DNA from: a virus
Taxonomy: Duplodnaviria; Caudoviricetes
DNA: 39,530 nt
Virus record (IMG/VR): IMGVR_UViG_3300025015_000065
Coordinates: 1-39,530 of that record
Reading direction: 5' to 3' (one strand)
In this document: piece after piece, positions 17,016-25,665 of the stretch
Layout of the letters: the number at the start of each line of letters is the position of its first letter
How positions within the stretch are numbered: the first letter of the stretch is position 1
The notes under the pieces: generated by a model
What the model saw: only the letters and a program-made list of their open reading frames with translations
The model's database searches: none
Told to the model about the DNA's origin: nothing
Made by a program: the position numbers and the translations under genes

Positions 17016-18445
17016 ACGCAGATGAACGCAGTTGGTTTCTAAAGGGCAAACCCCACGCCGTACAGATGAGAGCACTGGAACTGTCGAATCGGCGAAAAGG
17101 TTTCTTACATTTCGAAGAACAAGGGTTAGGAAAGACAGCCATAGTCTTGGCAGAATATGCGGATTTCGTTAACGAAGGGCTGATAGATGGTATGGTAGTT
17201 GTGTGCCCTAATTCTCTCAAAATTAATTGGTTTAAGGAGGCGGATAAATGGGGTGCGAAATATAAAACTAGAATCGTGCTTCCAGAGGACATAAAAAGTC
17301 TTGACCTGAACAAAATGAAACCGCCTTTCATCATAACAATAAACTATGAATCAATACGAAAGGGGACGCGGGGGCTGGAGGCCCTAAACGCTATAATGAA
17401 GGGGCGGAGGAGTATGGTGGCGGCTGACGAGAGTATAAATATAAAAAATCCCCACTCTAATCAGACCTTCGAGGCCCTGCAACTTTCAAAGGGGGCCGCG
17501 TTTACAAGGTCCATGAGCGGGGCCCCCATAAGCCAAGGTCCCCACGATTTGTGGGCGCAAGGAAGGTTCGTAGGTCTATATAATGGAATCAGAGCCACGC
17601 AATTTAAATTGCGGTATTGTAGAATGGGGGGGTTTCAAGGTAGGCAAGTGGTAGGAGTCAAAGAAGATTTGGTGGAGGAGTTGTGGCGCACCGTCGACGA
17701 AAATGGGTTCCGAGCCCTTAAGGAAGAATGGACGGACCTGCCCGAAAAGATATACGCCCTTCCTAGAATGATCACCATGACGAAGGAACAGAGAAGGATG
17801 TATCTAGAAATGAAGGAGGAGTTTATAACTTATTTAGACGAGACCGATGAAGGCTCCTTCGTGGAAGCGCAAATGACCATGACGAAGCTCATGAAACTTC
17901 ACCAAATATCCTCCGGCATAATAATTGACAATGAAGGACTGGAGCACTTTATCATACCCACGGAAGAGAATCCTAAGATGCAAGAAGTGTTGCGCGCTTT
18001 GCAGGAAACCAGGGGTAAGGTATTGATTTTTACGCACTTTAGGCTGTCCACCAAGGCCGTGTTCGAATATTTGGGGAAGAGAGGATATGAACCCGTCCTC
18101 CTAGAAGGCGGCATGAAGGTTCAGGAGGTGGAGAATAGAAAGGAAATATTTAACGACGACTCCAAATGCCGCGTAGCGGTGCTCCAGGCGCAATCGCACA
18201 TGTATGGGCATACTCTCCTAGGGGGGAAAGGAGAGGATAGATGCTCCACGTCCTTCTATTATGAGGTTGATTATAATCTAAATACTCGGGTGCAGACGGA
18301 GGACCGGAACCACCGGTACGGTCAAGATAAGGCCGTGGTTTATGTGGATTTCATAGCATCAGAGATAGAAGAGATCGCTGTGACGGCCCTGCAACGCAAG
18401 AAGAACGTCGCTAAGCTGATATTAGACACGTTTAAAGGCCGTTGA
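17012..18445 (+). CDS. SNF2-family (SF2) helicase
   Basis: QGLGKT, VVCPNS, INYES, ADES..IKN, MSGAP, KVLIF, QTEDRNHRYGQ. Confidence 0.92.
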   Translation: MNADERSWFLKGKPHAVQMRALELSNRRKGFLHFEEQGLGKTAIVLAEYADFVNEGLIDGMVVVCPNSLKINWFKEADKWGAKYKTRIVLPEDIKSLDLNKMKPPFIITINYESIRKGTRGLEALNAIMKGRRSMVAADESINIKNPHSNQTFEALQLSKGAAFTRSMSGAPISQGPHDLWAQGRFVGLYNGIRATQFKLRYCRMGGFQGRQVVGVKEDLVEELWRTVDENGFRALKEEWTDLPEKIYALPRMITMTKEQRRMYLEMKEEFITYLDETDEGSFVEAQMTMTKLMKLHQISSGIIIDNEGLEHFIIPTEENPKMQEVLRALQETRGKVLIFTHFRLSTKAVFEYLGKRGYEPVLLEGGMKVQEVENRKEIFNDDSKCRVAVLQAQSHMYGHTLLGGKGEDRCSTSFYYEVDYNLNTRVQTEDRNHRYGQDKAVVYVDFIASEIEEIAVTALQRKKNVAKLILDTFKGR

Positions 18446-18881
18446 CATACATTCTCCTTTCGTCCTCTCGGCGTATTACCAGACCGCGAAGCTTTACGCC
18501 CCCGCTAAATACCCACTTTCCAAATTCCTCAGCCGCCCCTCCATGATCTCCGGCGTTTACCTTTCGTCGAAGGGTAGAGGCTTGAAGTTTTCCACCCCCT
18601 AGATTAAACGTAAATGACACCAATGCCGCATACTGTCCATCCGTTAAAGGGACGAGGATGAGATTGAGCACGGAGCGAGCGGCCACCGAGACGTTCCTAA
18701 GGAATAGTTCCTCTGCTTCCTTCGTGGATATGAGGGGAGGCTGAGGGGCCGAGCGGTCCCTGGTGATGAGATTGCCCGTATCGTTGGTCCAAAACCCGGC
18801 CGGGCACCGGTATGCCTCAAGAGAGAACCCCTCGTGGTGGCGTATGAGGCGGAGTCCCTCTGGATGCACTTCTCGGATCAT
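18432..18881 (-). CDS. endolysin, GH24 phage lysozyme
   Basis: HEGFSLEAYRCPAGFWT (E-x8-C-x5-T triad), QYAALVSFTFNLG, STLRRKVNAGD, GLVIRREDE. Confidence 0.92.
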   Translation of the reverse strand: MIREVHPEGLRLIRHHEGFSLEAYRCPAGFWTNDTGNLITRDRSAPQPPLISTKEAEELFLRNVSVAARSVLNLILVPLTDGQYAALVSFTFNLGGGKLQASTLRRKVNAGDHGGAAEEFGKWVFSGGVKLRGLVIRREDERRMYVNGL

Positions 18882-19438
18882 TTGCTGTTCTCGCGCTTCT
18901 TAACCCTCCATCCGAACCAATACCCTAGGATACCGTCCAGAAGTATCCAGTCATGCTCATTCCATAGTTGTACAAACACCCCTGCGGAGGTGATCCCACC
19001 ACCGGCCACGAGCACTTTGAAAAGGGCAACCTTATAACCGATGTAGAAAATCACCAGGGCGTAGGTAACGCCGGGACGGACGAAGGCCACAAGGAAGTCT
19101 AAGAGCCCGAAGAGGTAGATCAAAGGGGCCATGGCCCACGATGGAAATCCCGAGTCTTTCAGGCCGTCTAGCAAGGTGACCCCCATCGTGGGCTGTTTTT
19201 CCCCCGCCCGCTGCGCCGCGACGAATGCTGCTGTGTCGCCCTTTTCACGGATTTCCTGTGCTTTCCACGTAGTGGCTTCCTTGGCCCACTTTACTTGGGC
19301 ATCGAGCATGGCGATCTCGTGGGCGTTGTCTTGCCTCTTCTTGAAGAACCCGATTATGTCGGGGACGAAGTTTGCCCCGAACCCGAGCAGGGTGCTGGCA
19401 AGTTGCGCAATAATTCCGATAAGCGATACTGCGCCCAT
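18878..19438 (-). CDS. putative holin (3TM, GTA-holin-like)
   Basis: TM segments, VRPGVTY motif, ILGYWFGWR C-terminus; adjacent to the endolysin. Confidence 0.65.
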   Translation of the reverse strand: MGAVSLIGIIAQLASTLLGFGANFVPDIIGFFKKRQDNAHEIAMLDAQVKWAKEATTWKAQEIREKGDTAAFVAAQRAGEKQPTMGVTLLDGLKDSGFPSWAMAPLIYLFGLLDFLVAFVRPGVTYALVIFYIGYKVALFKVLVAGGGITSAGVFVQLWNEHDWILLDGILGYWFGWRVKKRENSK

Positions 19439-19459
19439 GGCCTACCTCCAGTTAGCGTC

Positions 19460-19774
19460 TTAGCGGCGTCGAAAGGACCACAATACCACCCCCCCGCCTG
19501 CGAACAGCATCAACCGGAAGAAAGTAGCAGCGGTCCTAATGGTTCCCCCTCCGCTATATAGAAGATATAGGTCGGAAACCGTGAGAAGCAACATCCCCAG
19601 GAAGAACAACGTGAAGAATTGGGACGTGCTGGCGAAAACCCTAGCTAGCCAGGTAGACCCATTGGCCATGGTCCTTAGCTTGTGATATTCCCAGGCCAAG
19701 AGGGCGAAGACCAGAGTACCTCCTATGGCCATGAACATTCTAAAAGCTATTATCCAGAAGTCTTTATTTCTCAC
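19460..19774 (-). CDS. three-TM membrane protein (lysis region)
   Basis: Three hydrophobic helices and an RRR tail. Confidence 0.65.
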   Translation of the reverse strand: MRNKDFWIIAFRMFMAIGGTLVFALLAWEYHKLRTMANGSTWLARVFASTSQFFTLFFLGMLLLTVSDLYLLYSGGGTIRTAATFFRLMLFAGGGVVLWSFRRR

Positions 19775-20126
19775 GCCTAGTCACCTCCATTAAGACGGCG
19801 GTGAGCGCCTTCTGCCTCTCCACCTCCGCCGCCGTCAGACGGTCATGAATGTCGTTTAATCCTTGGAGCATGGTCCGGGTACTCTCTTCCATGTAAGACC
19901 TTTGCGACTCAAGGCACGTAACCAACTTACCGTTCGTATTGGAGTTTTCTTTAACTATCTGTACCCAATCGCCAACTCGGTCCTGCGACGACCGGCGCTC
20001 CTTTAGAAATAATTTATACAGCGCATATCCGGCTCCGAGCACCATAAACCCAGAGAGAATGGAAAAGGCGAACCAAGGCCCCTGGTTTATGAAAGCTGCC
20101 AGTACCTTAGAGAAGAAATCCCACAT
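19764..20126 (-). CDS. membrane-anchored coiled-coil protein (holin/antiholin-like)
   Basis: N-terminal TM (QGPWFAFSILSGFMVLG) followed by a helical region. Confidence 0.6.
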   Translation of the reverse strand: MWDFFSKVLAAFINQGPWFAFSILSGFMVLGAGYALYKLFLKERRSSQDRVGDWVQIVKENSNTNGKLVTCLESQRSYMEESTRTMLQGLNDIHDRLTAAEVERQKALTAVLMEVTRREK

Positions 20127-20138
20127 GGCTGCCCTCTG

Positions 20139-20450
20139 TTAAAGAGTCTTCCAAATAGCCTTCGCGCGAGATGCTAATTTCACTACATCCAAAACCGGAA
20201 ACTGCTCTTTTAGAGCCAACGCAAACGAGGTCAGGGCCTTTGTATTAACTTCTTGGCCTGCTGTCGCGTCAAGTTTTTCCTCCGCCGTAGGCTCCGGATC
20301 GGCGCCCTCCACAACAAGCCCTTCCGCGATGGCCTTCTGAAGATACGGCCAATGCGGAGAGCCTTCGGGAACGCTCATCGTCACACCGTCCACCACGGCT
20401 CGGCAGAGGGTGTGGTTCGCGTCCTGCCACTTCGCCTGGGTAATTTTCAT
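20139..20450 (-). CDS. putative tail fibre assembly chaperone
   Basis: Small ORF coupled to the end of the tail-fibre gene. Confidence 0.55.
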   Translation of the reverse strand: MKITQAKWQDANHTLCRAVVDGVTMSVPEGSPHWPYLQKAIAEGLVVEGADPEPTAEEKLDATAGQEVNTKALTSFALALKEQFPVLDVVKLASRAKAIWKTL

Positions 20451-22147
20451 AGGAGCCTCGCGTCGGCGGTGTAGTGGAAGGACTTTGTTTCATCCGCAGC
20501 CCCCGACGTAGCAAACTGATTAACGAATCCATTCTGCCCTATTCGCGCTGGCGTAGCATCAAAGTCAGCACTACTAGATTCATCGCGATATTTTCCGCTA
20601 GCCCCTGTTCGACTGTAAGATATAACCGTCGGTGTAGTTCTCATCGGAATGCCAAATCGAACAAAGAATTCTCCACTCATTATCGGGTCAACCATTTCCA
20701 CAACACCAACCTGCGTAGAAGTCCCTGCCGCCGTTGCATCGTTGTAGCTCTGCTGCCAGTACCGCTGGCACATTACCCGGGTCAGTGCCACCGGCATTCG
20801 TTCGAAATCCGTCCGCTCGGAGCCCTTCTCAAGCTGGACTTCACCAATGTAGACGTTTTTCGTGGTAACAGCTCCAACCTCAGCCTTGATCTCAAGTTCA
20901 ACGCCGTTTGAAGCGTTGCCCATCGCCACAGTAAAAGTAAGCCGAGTACTGGTTGCCGTGACAACCGCCGTGGCTCCACTGTTTCCAATTTCAGTTACTG
21001 CCGAAAAGTTGTTGCTTACATTTGCCTTACGGACGTAGAGGGTGAAGTTGACATTCGAGCCCACGTCATGTTTAACTAGGCAAGAGAAAGTACATGTAGC
21101 GTTTTTGAGACTGTAACAATCCTGAGCTTCGATTCTTCCCCTAAGATAAATGATGCCAGAGCCAGTAAGCGTAATGCTTGAAAAGTGAAAAGCGTACTGG
21201 TCCGTTGTCCCAACTACGCCAGTAGTTCTGGAAAACGTGCCTGCACTTACCGCCGTCCCGGTAGCCATTCCCATGAACATGTCGGGGCCTTGGCCATACA
21301 CATCCTTAACAAGGGTATAGGCCCCCACCTGCATCACGTCGGCGGCGCCGTTGATGACGAAGTTCTTGCGGGCGAGACCAAGGGAAGCTATTGTTTCTGT
21401 GGGCTTGTGAGTACCAGCAGCATTGTGCTCCTTAAGTATGTTTGATTCGCGCCATCCGCACATCACAACGCCAACTTGATTCGTTAGGCCAGCCGTCTTG
21501 ACAACGTAACCAATTACAAAATCTCCAGTAACTGCTGTCTTAACTTTCCCGGCCGTCCCTGAGGCCGATACGCCTTCACCGATGACCGGGGTGCCCACGC
21601 AGTTCACTACAACATACCCCAATGAGACGAGAAGGTCATATGCGGCGTTGTCCGACCCCCAGGCCGAGACGCTGTATTTATTGTGGGTGCCTTCGTCCCC
21701 CGCCACGGTCTTCATGAAACTGTTCTCAGGAGAGTCCACCTTCACCAATTCCCCAGCTGCCACCGCCGATCCATTATCGTTCAGGGCCAAACGGGGGCTG
21801 ACGCCGGACATTAACCTCATCCATTGTGCCGGGGGGAACCCGAGGATTACGGTCTTTACCGTTGACAGCCAGCTGACGGCGTTGTTGCTGTTGGAGGACT
21901 CGACTATCCTTTCCCGGGTCAAGGTATCCACCACGTCATCCGTGAGGGTGCCGTATCCGATTTCATAGTCGATTCCATCGGTAACGTGATATGGTACCAT
22001 CAACCATGGGCCGCTTCCACCCATGGTGGCGATGAGGGCTGAGGCCAGAGTGATGTAGGAAGTACTGACGATTCCATCCAAACTATACGTACCGGGCCCG
22101 GACGTGGAGGTCTTTTCCCGGGCCTTGTTCCCTACGGATAAGTACAT
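20447..22147 (-). CDS. tail fibre / receptor-binding protein
   Basis: N-terminal anchor shared with 24700-25653; KNFVINGAxDVxQ...VQLEKGS..TDFE....L..CQRYWQ...MRTTPTV architecture typical of phage fibres. Confidence 0.8.
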   Translation of the reverse strand: MYLSVGNKAREKTSTSGPGTYSLDGIVSTSYITLASALIATMGGSGPWLMVPYHVTDGIDYEIGYGTLTDDVVDTLTRERIVESSNSNNAVSWLSTVKTVILGFPPAQWMRLMSGVSPRLALNDNGSAVAAGELVKVDSPENSFMKTVAGDEGTHNKYSVSAWGSDNAAYDLLVSLGYVVVNCVGTPVIGEGVSASGTAGKVKTAVTGDFVIGYVVKTAGLTNQVGVVMCGWRESNILKEHNAAGTHKPTETIASLGLARKNFVINGAADVMQVGAYTLVKDVYGQGPDMFMGMATGTAVSAGTFSRTTGVVGTTDQYAFHFSSITLTGSGIIYLRGRIEAQDCYSLKNATCTFSCLVKHDVGSNVNFTLYVRKANVSNNFSAVTEIGNSGATAVVTATSTRLTFTVAMGNASNGVELEIKAEVGAVTTKNVYIGEVQLEKGSERTDFERMPVALTRVMCQRYWQQSYNDATAAGTSTQVGVVEMVDPIMSGEFFVRFGIPMRTTPTVISYSRTGASGKYRDESSSADFDATPARIGQNGFVNQFATSGAADETKSFHYTADARLL

Positions 22148-22159
22148 TTTGAACCCCTC

Positions 22160-22966
22160 CTACAAGATTTCCTCTATTTCAAATTTTTTTTCATACTGTT
22201 CGAATACGGGGTTATTGATTTCCCCCTTTATGTTCATAAGCCCGTAATAAGCCCAATCCATGATCCTGTCGCCGTTCTCAACGTCAAAGTGCACCAACAC
22301 GTCCCTAGAGTTTCCCCTGAGCCTCTCTATCTTGTGCACGTTACCGTACATTTCATCTTCCGACAGGAAGGGTAGGGTAAAATTATGGACCCTGGAAACC
22401 TTCCTTGAGGCGCTAAACGTGTTGGACCCCGAAGTCTGGGACCTGGAGGAGTTCTCCCTGATCCCAGTCCCCCAACCGTATGCGGCGTTTATGGTGGGAA
22501 CGAAGGCGTTGGAAAGGTAAAGCCTACCGGCTTGGAAATACCCTGCGGGGTTAGAGAGGTCGGAAACGTCTATTCTCCACCATTGGTACGTCTTAGGGAG
22601 GTTACCAAACCACATGAACGAGTGATACTTCTCCCACCCGTCGTCGTCTAACCCTGACTTCCCCCACATGTCAACCAGTCCACTGTCGTATCCTGGGGCG
22701 GCGGTGAGGTTCGCTTCGGAGGTCGCAGCCCTCACCCTCCATTGGGAGGCGCTGGTGCCGTTATGAAACATGAGGGCTGCCAGATTTATAGTCTTTGCAG
22801 CCAAGAGATCCTCGACCACGTAAACGTTGTTCAGATCCACCGCCCTGAGAACATCCGTGGGTTGTATCTTTAGCAAGTTTTCCGCATTCATATCGGCGGT
22901 CTGGGACCCGGCGGTGATTACTCCCAAATCCGAGAATATAGGGGTCGCTATCAGAATGTTGCTCAT
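22160..22966 (-). CDS. minor tail protein (distal tail-like)
   Basis: Position; YQWWRIDVSD..N..GYFQAGRL...P..N..YG motif. Confidence 0.65.
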   Translation of the reverse strand: MSNILIATPIFSDLGVITAGSQTADMNAENLLKIQPTDVLRAVDLNNVYVVEDLLAAKTINLAALMFHNGTSASQWRVRAATSEANLTAAPGYDSGLVDMWGKSGLDDDGWEKYHSFMWFGNLPKTYQWWRIDVSDLSNPAGYFQAGRLYLSNAFVPTINAAYGWGTGIRENSSRSQTSGSNTFSASRKVSRVHNFTLPFLSEDEMYGNVHKIERLRGNSRDVLVHFDVENGDRIMDWAYYGLMNIKGEINNPVFEQYEKKFEIEEIL

Positions 22967-24699
22967 CCCAGTATCTCCAATTCCGTTATCCTAGTGACCG
23001 CGTTCTCAACTACGGCTGTTACGAAAAAGTTCTTTCCATTCTCTAGCCCGAACCTATCATACACCAAAGTTATCACCTGACCTACCCGGTATTGGAATAA
23101 GTCTCTGGACAACCTCAACTTATACTTTCTCCTCTTTCCAGAGTCTCTGGCCCCCCTCTGGTTAACCTGGGTCTGAGCCTCCGTCTGGTCATATAGCAAG
23201 CTCCCCACCTTAACATCCTTAGCTTCGGTGTATATGCTCCTGAGAGAGGACTTTGAGAAGGAGACGTACCGATACTCCTCTGAGTATAATTCTCTATTGG
23301 AGGCCGTAACGGTGTCAGCAAGCTCATCTCTGGTCTGGGGAGACCAGTTCCTCTTATATCCCAAAGCGTATCTCCATGCGGGCTGCCCAGCCTCCTCCTT
23401 CGCTAAGGAGAAGTTTTCTATGACGGTATCCGTTACGGTTCTTGTGGCAACCTCTCCATCCGGGTCCCTAAATATGCCTACGGTGAGGGTACCCTCTCTG
23501 GTGAACGACCACCAGCCATCCGCACTAAACATTAATTCGTCCAGAACGTCAGAAATGTCTCTAGGCTCCGTTCCTACGAATAGTCCGGCCTCGGAAGATT
23601 CTCTCAGCAGGGCAAGGGTGAAGGCATTGACATCTATTTCATCCGGGTCCGATACCGCTCCAAACGTAACCGCGACCCTCCTAAATATTTCAATCAATGT
23701 GTCTATATAAGACCCTTCATTGTCCCCATGCCCATCAAAAGTAACCTTTCCGGCTGCGGCGTTCCCGAGGCGTATTAGCCCTAAGTTGAGGTCGGTTATA
23801 TAGTGGGCCGCAACGGGGGTCCAATCTAAGACGCTGGAGAGTCCTAGGCTCGAATCAGTGATATCTCCGTCCGATACTAAAGGCAATCCCTGGTCCCTGA
23901 TTTCGTCCACGGATTGCATGGACCTGTAATGGGCTTGAAACACGTTGTTAACTTTATTCACCAACGCGGGGGAGGCATTAAACACTCGGCCAAAAGACAT
24001 AGGCTTGTTCTTACCCGCGAGGTCCGCGTCTCCCTCAAAATCTCCAGACCCAGAATAGACCAAGGATTGGATGGGTTTATTCAACCGGGAGGAGGAATCC
24101 CGGATGCCAAGAGTTATCTTAGACTCGTCCCAGGATACGGTTTCTACCGTCCCTTTAAATATCGTCTCCATTTCCGAGTACGTCAAAGTCCTTTCGTTCC
24201 ATTTTCCTACGTTCGTGGTTCCACCGACCTTAATCCTGACCGTCCTGCCTACCCACACTACGTCCATTAAGCTATCGATCCCCCCGTCATCATTCATTAT
24301 GTCAACGTTACCTATGGCAGACCTTCCTCTAGATTCTCCAGAATTAAATAAGGGTACATCAATCCTAAAATTGAAAGGTTGAATCAACCGGGGGCTAGCC
24401 GTTTTATTGGCAGGGTCATCTTCCGGCTCCGTATGAAACTCCTTATCGGCTATCAGGACTATGCTACCTTCTACGGAGTACTCCTCGTCCTCTAGCGACA
24501 TGCCTGGGACCGACATGCCAGAGAGGGGAAGGCCTCCGTGGACCGTGGATCCTAGGGCCAAGGGTTCCCCCACCAATAAAAACAATAAATCCGCATCCCG
24601 GTCAGCCAATATAAGGGACAGGGAGCTAGGTATAGATAGATCATCCTCGTCCGGAAGTACCGAGAAAGGAAGTACCGAGAAGGCTACTCTACTAAACAT
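22963..24699 (-). CDS. tail tip / baseplate hub protein
   Basis: Position after the tape measure; N.DGxxD, KPMSFGRVFNxxP, GQVITLxYDRFGL motifs. Confidence 0.65.
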   Translation of the reverse strand: MFSRVAFSVLPFSVLPDEDDLSIPSSLSLILADRDADLLFLLVGEPLALGSTVHGGLPLSGMSVPGMSLEDEEYSVEGSIVLIADKEFHTEPEDDPANKTASPRLIQPFNFRIDVPLFNSGESRGRSAIGNVDIMNDDGGIDSLMDVVWVGRTVRIKVGGTTNVGKWNERTLTYSEMETIFKGTVETVSWDESKITLGIRDSSSRLNKPIQSLVYSGSGDFEGDADLAGKNKPMSFGRVFNASPALVNKVNNVFQAHYRSMQSVDEIRDQGLPLVSDGDITDSSLGLSSVLDWTPVAAHYITDLNLGLIRLGNAAAGKVTFDGHGDNEGSYIDTLIEIFRRVAVTFGAVSDPDEIDVNAFTLALLRESSEAGLFVGTEPRDISDVLDELMFSADGWWSFTREGTLTVGIFRDPDGEVATRTVTDTVIENFSLAKEEAGQPAWRYALGYKRNWSPQTRDELADTVTASNRELYSEEYRYVSFSKSSLRSIYTEAKDVKVGSLLYDQTEAQTQVNQRGARDSGKRRKYKLRLSRDLFQYRVGQVITLVYDRFGLENGKNFFVTAVVENAVTRITELEILG

Positions 24700-25653
24700 T
24701 TACACTAGCTCCAGGATGGCACCGCTCGAAATGAATTCAATGCTGGGGTCGGCGGTGTCGTGCTGCACCGTAACCTCAAGGGTTTTGGATAAGGCACTGT
24801 CCTCGGCCATATCGGTCTTTATCGTGTGGCCCACGGCTCCGAACCCTGTGGCGGAGCCTCCGAATCCCCCATTTGCTCCTACGTTAAGCTCTCCTACACC
24901 GATCTGAGCATTAGCGGAGTTAAACGCCGCTATCTCAAAGACCATCTTTATGGCTCTGCCCGTCGCTTCAACGGCGTTGCTAAGGGAGGAGAACGTACTG
25001 AACGTAGTGGCCCCATATTTCCCCCTTACCGCGAACGTTGCCGCGCCAAAGGAGTTTCTTATCTCACCGAATACGGTCAACCTCAATTTTTTATCCGTCC
25101 CTAGGGTGCTGGCGGGGACCGAAAAGGAGTATATAGACGTTTCAGTCACCGTGTTATCTACTGATCTTGCGGTAACGTCGCGGTTCAAGACCCTCGAGGT
25201 GGAGGTGATGGTGGGGCTCCCGCTCTGACCGTCTCCGTTCACCACCCCTATACCGTCTCCAGCCGCGATAGACCTCCTGGTGAACGTCCTACCGTTGGGG
25301 GAGGAAAGGTTCACCACAAATCCCACAACTTCACTAAAAATGGAGTTGGCGACATCCGCTGGAAGCCCTAAAAATATGTTTCTGGTTCCAACCCCCCAGT
25401 TTACTGAAGAATCACTCTGACTGGACTTAAGTATTGTCGTTCTTTCAACGGTGTTGGGGGTCCCAGCATGTATCGTCCCTAGGCCCACTTCCCAATTATC
25501 TCCATCCTCCACGGTATAATAAAAAGTGTTTCCGTCCCCTACGGCGGCAAGGATAGACTGTTTCCCGTCAGGAATGGTGGCGTCCAATGAATATGTAATA
25601 GTCCCTTCGGTCTGAGTCGTCTGTTGAACCCTGTCCGCGTATACTAGGGTCAT
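24700..25653 (-). CDS. minor tail / short fibre protein
   Basis: ADRVxQTTxTxGT...WEVGxGT...RTTILxSS N-terminal domain; beta-rich C-terminus. Confidence 0.7.
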   Translation of the reverse strand: MTLVYADRVQQTTQTEGTITYSLDATIPDGKQSILAAVGDGNTFYYTVEDGDNWEVGLGTIHAGTPNTVERTTILKSSQSDSSVNWGVGTRNIFLGLPADVANSIFSEVVGFVVNLSSPNGRTFTRRSIAAGDGIGVVNGDGQSGSPTITSTSRVLNRDVTARSVDNTVTETSIYSFSVPASTLGTDKKLRLTVFGEIRNSFGAATFAVRGKYGATTFSTFSSLSNAVEATGRAIKMVFEIAAFNSANAQIGVGELNVGANGGFGGSATGFGAVGHTIKTDMAEDSALSKTLEVTVQHDTADPSIEFISSGAILELV

Positions 25654-25665
25654 GTTTTCCGTCCC

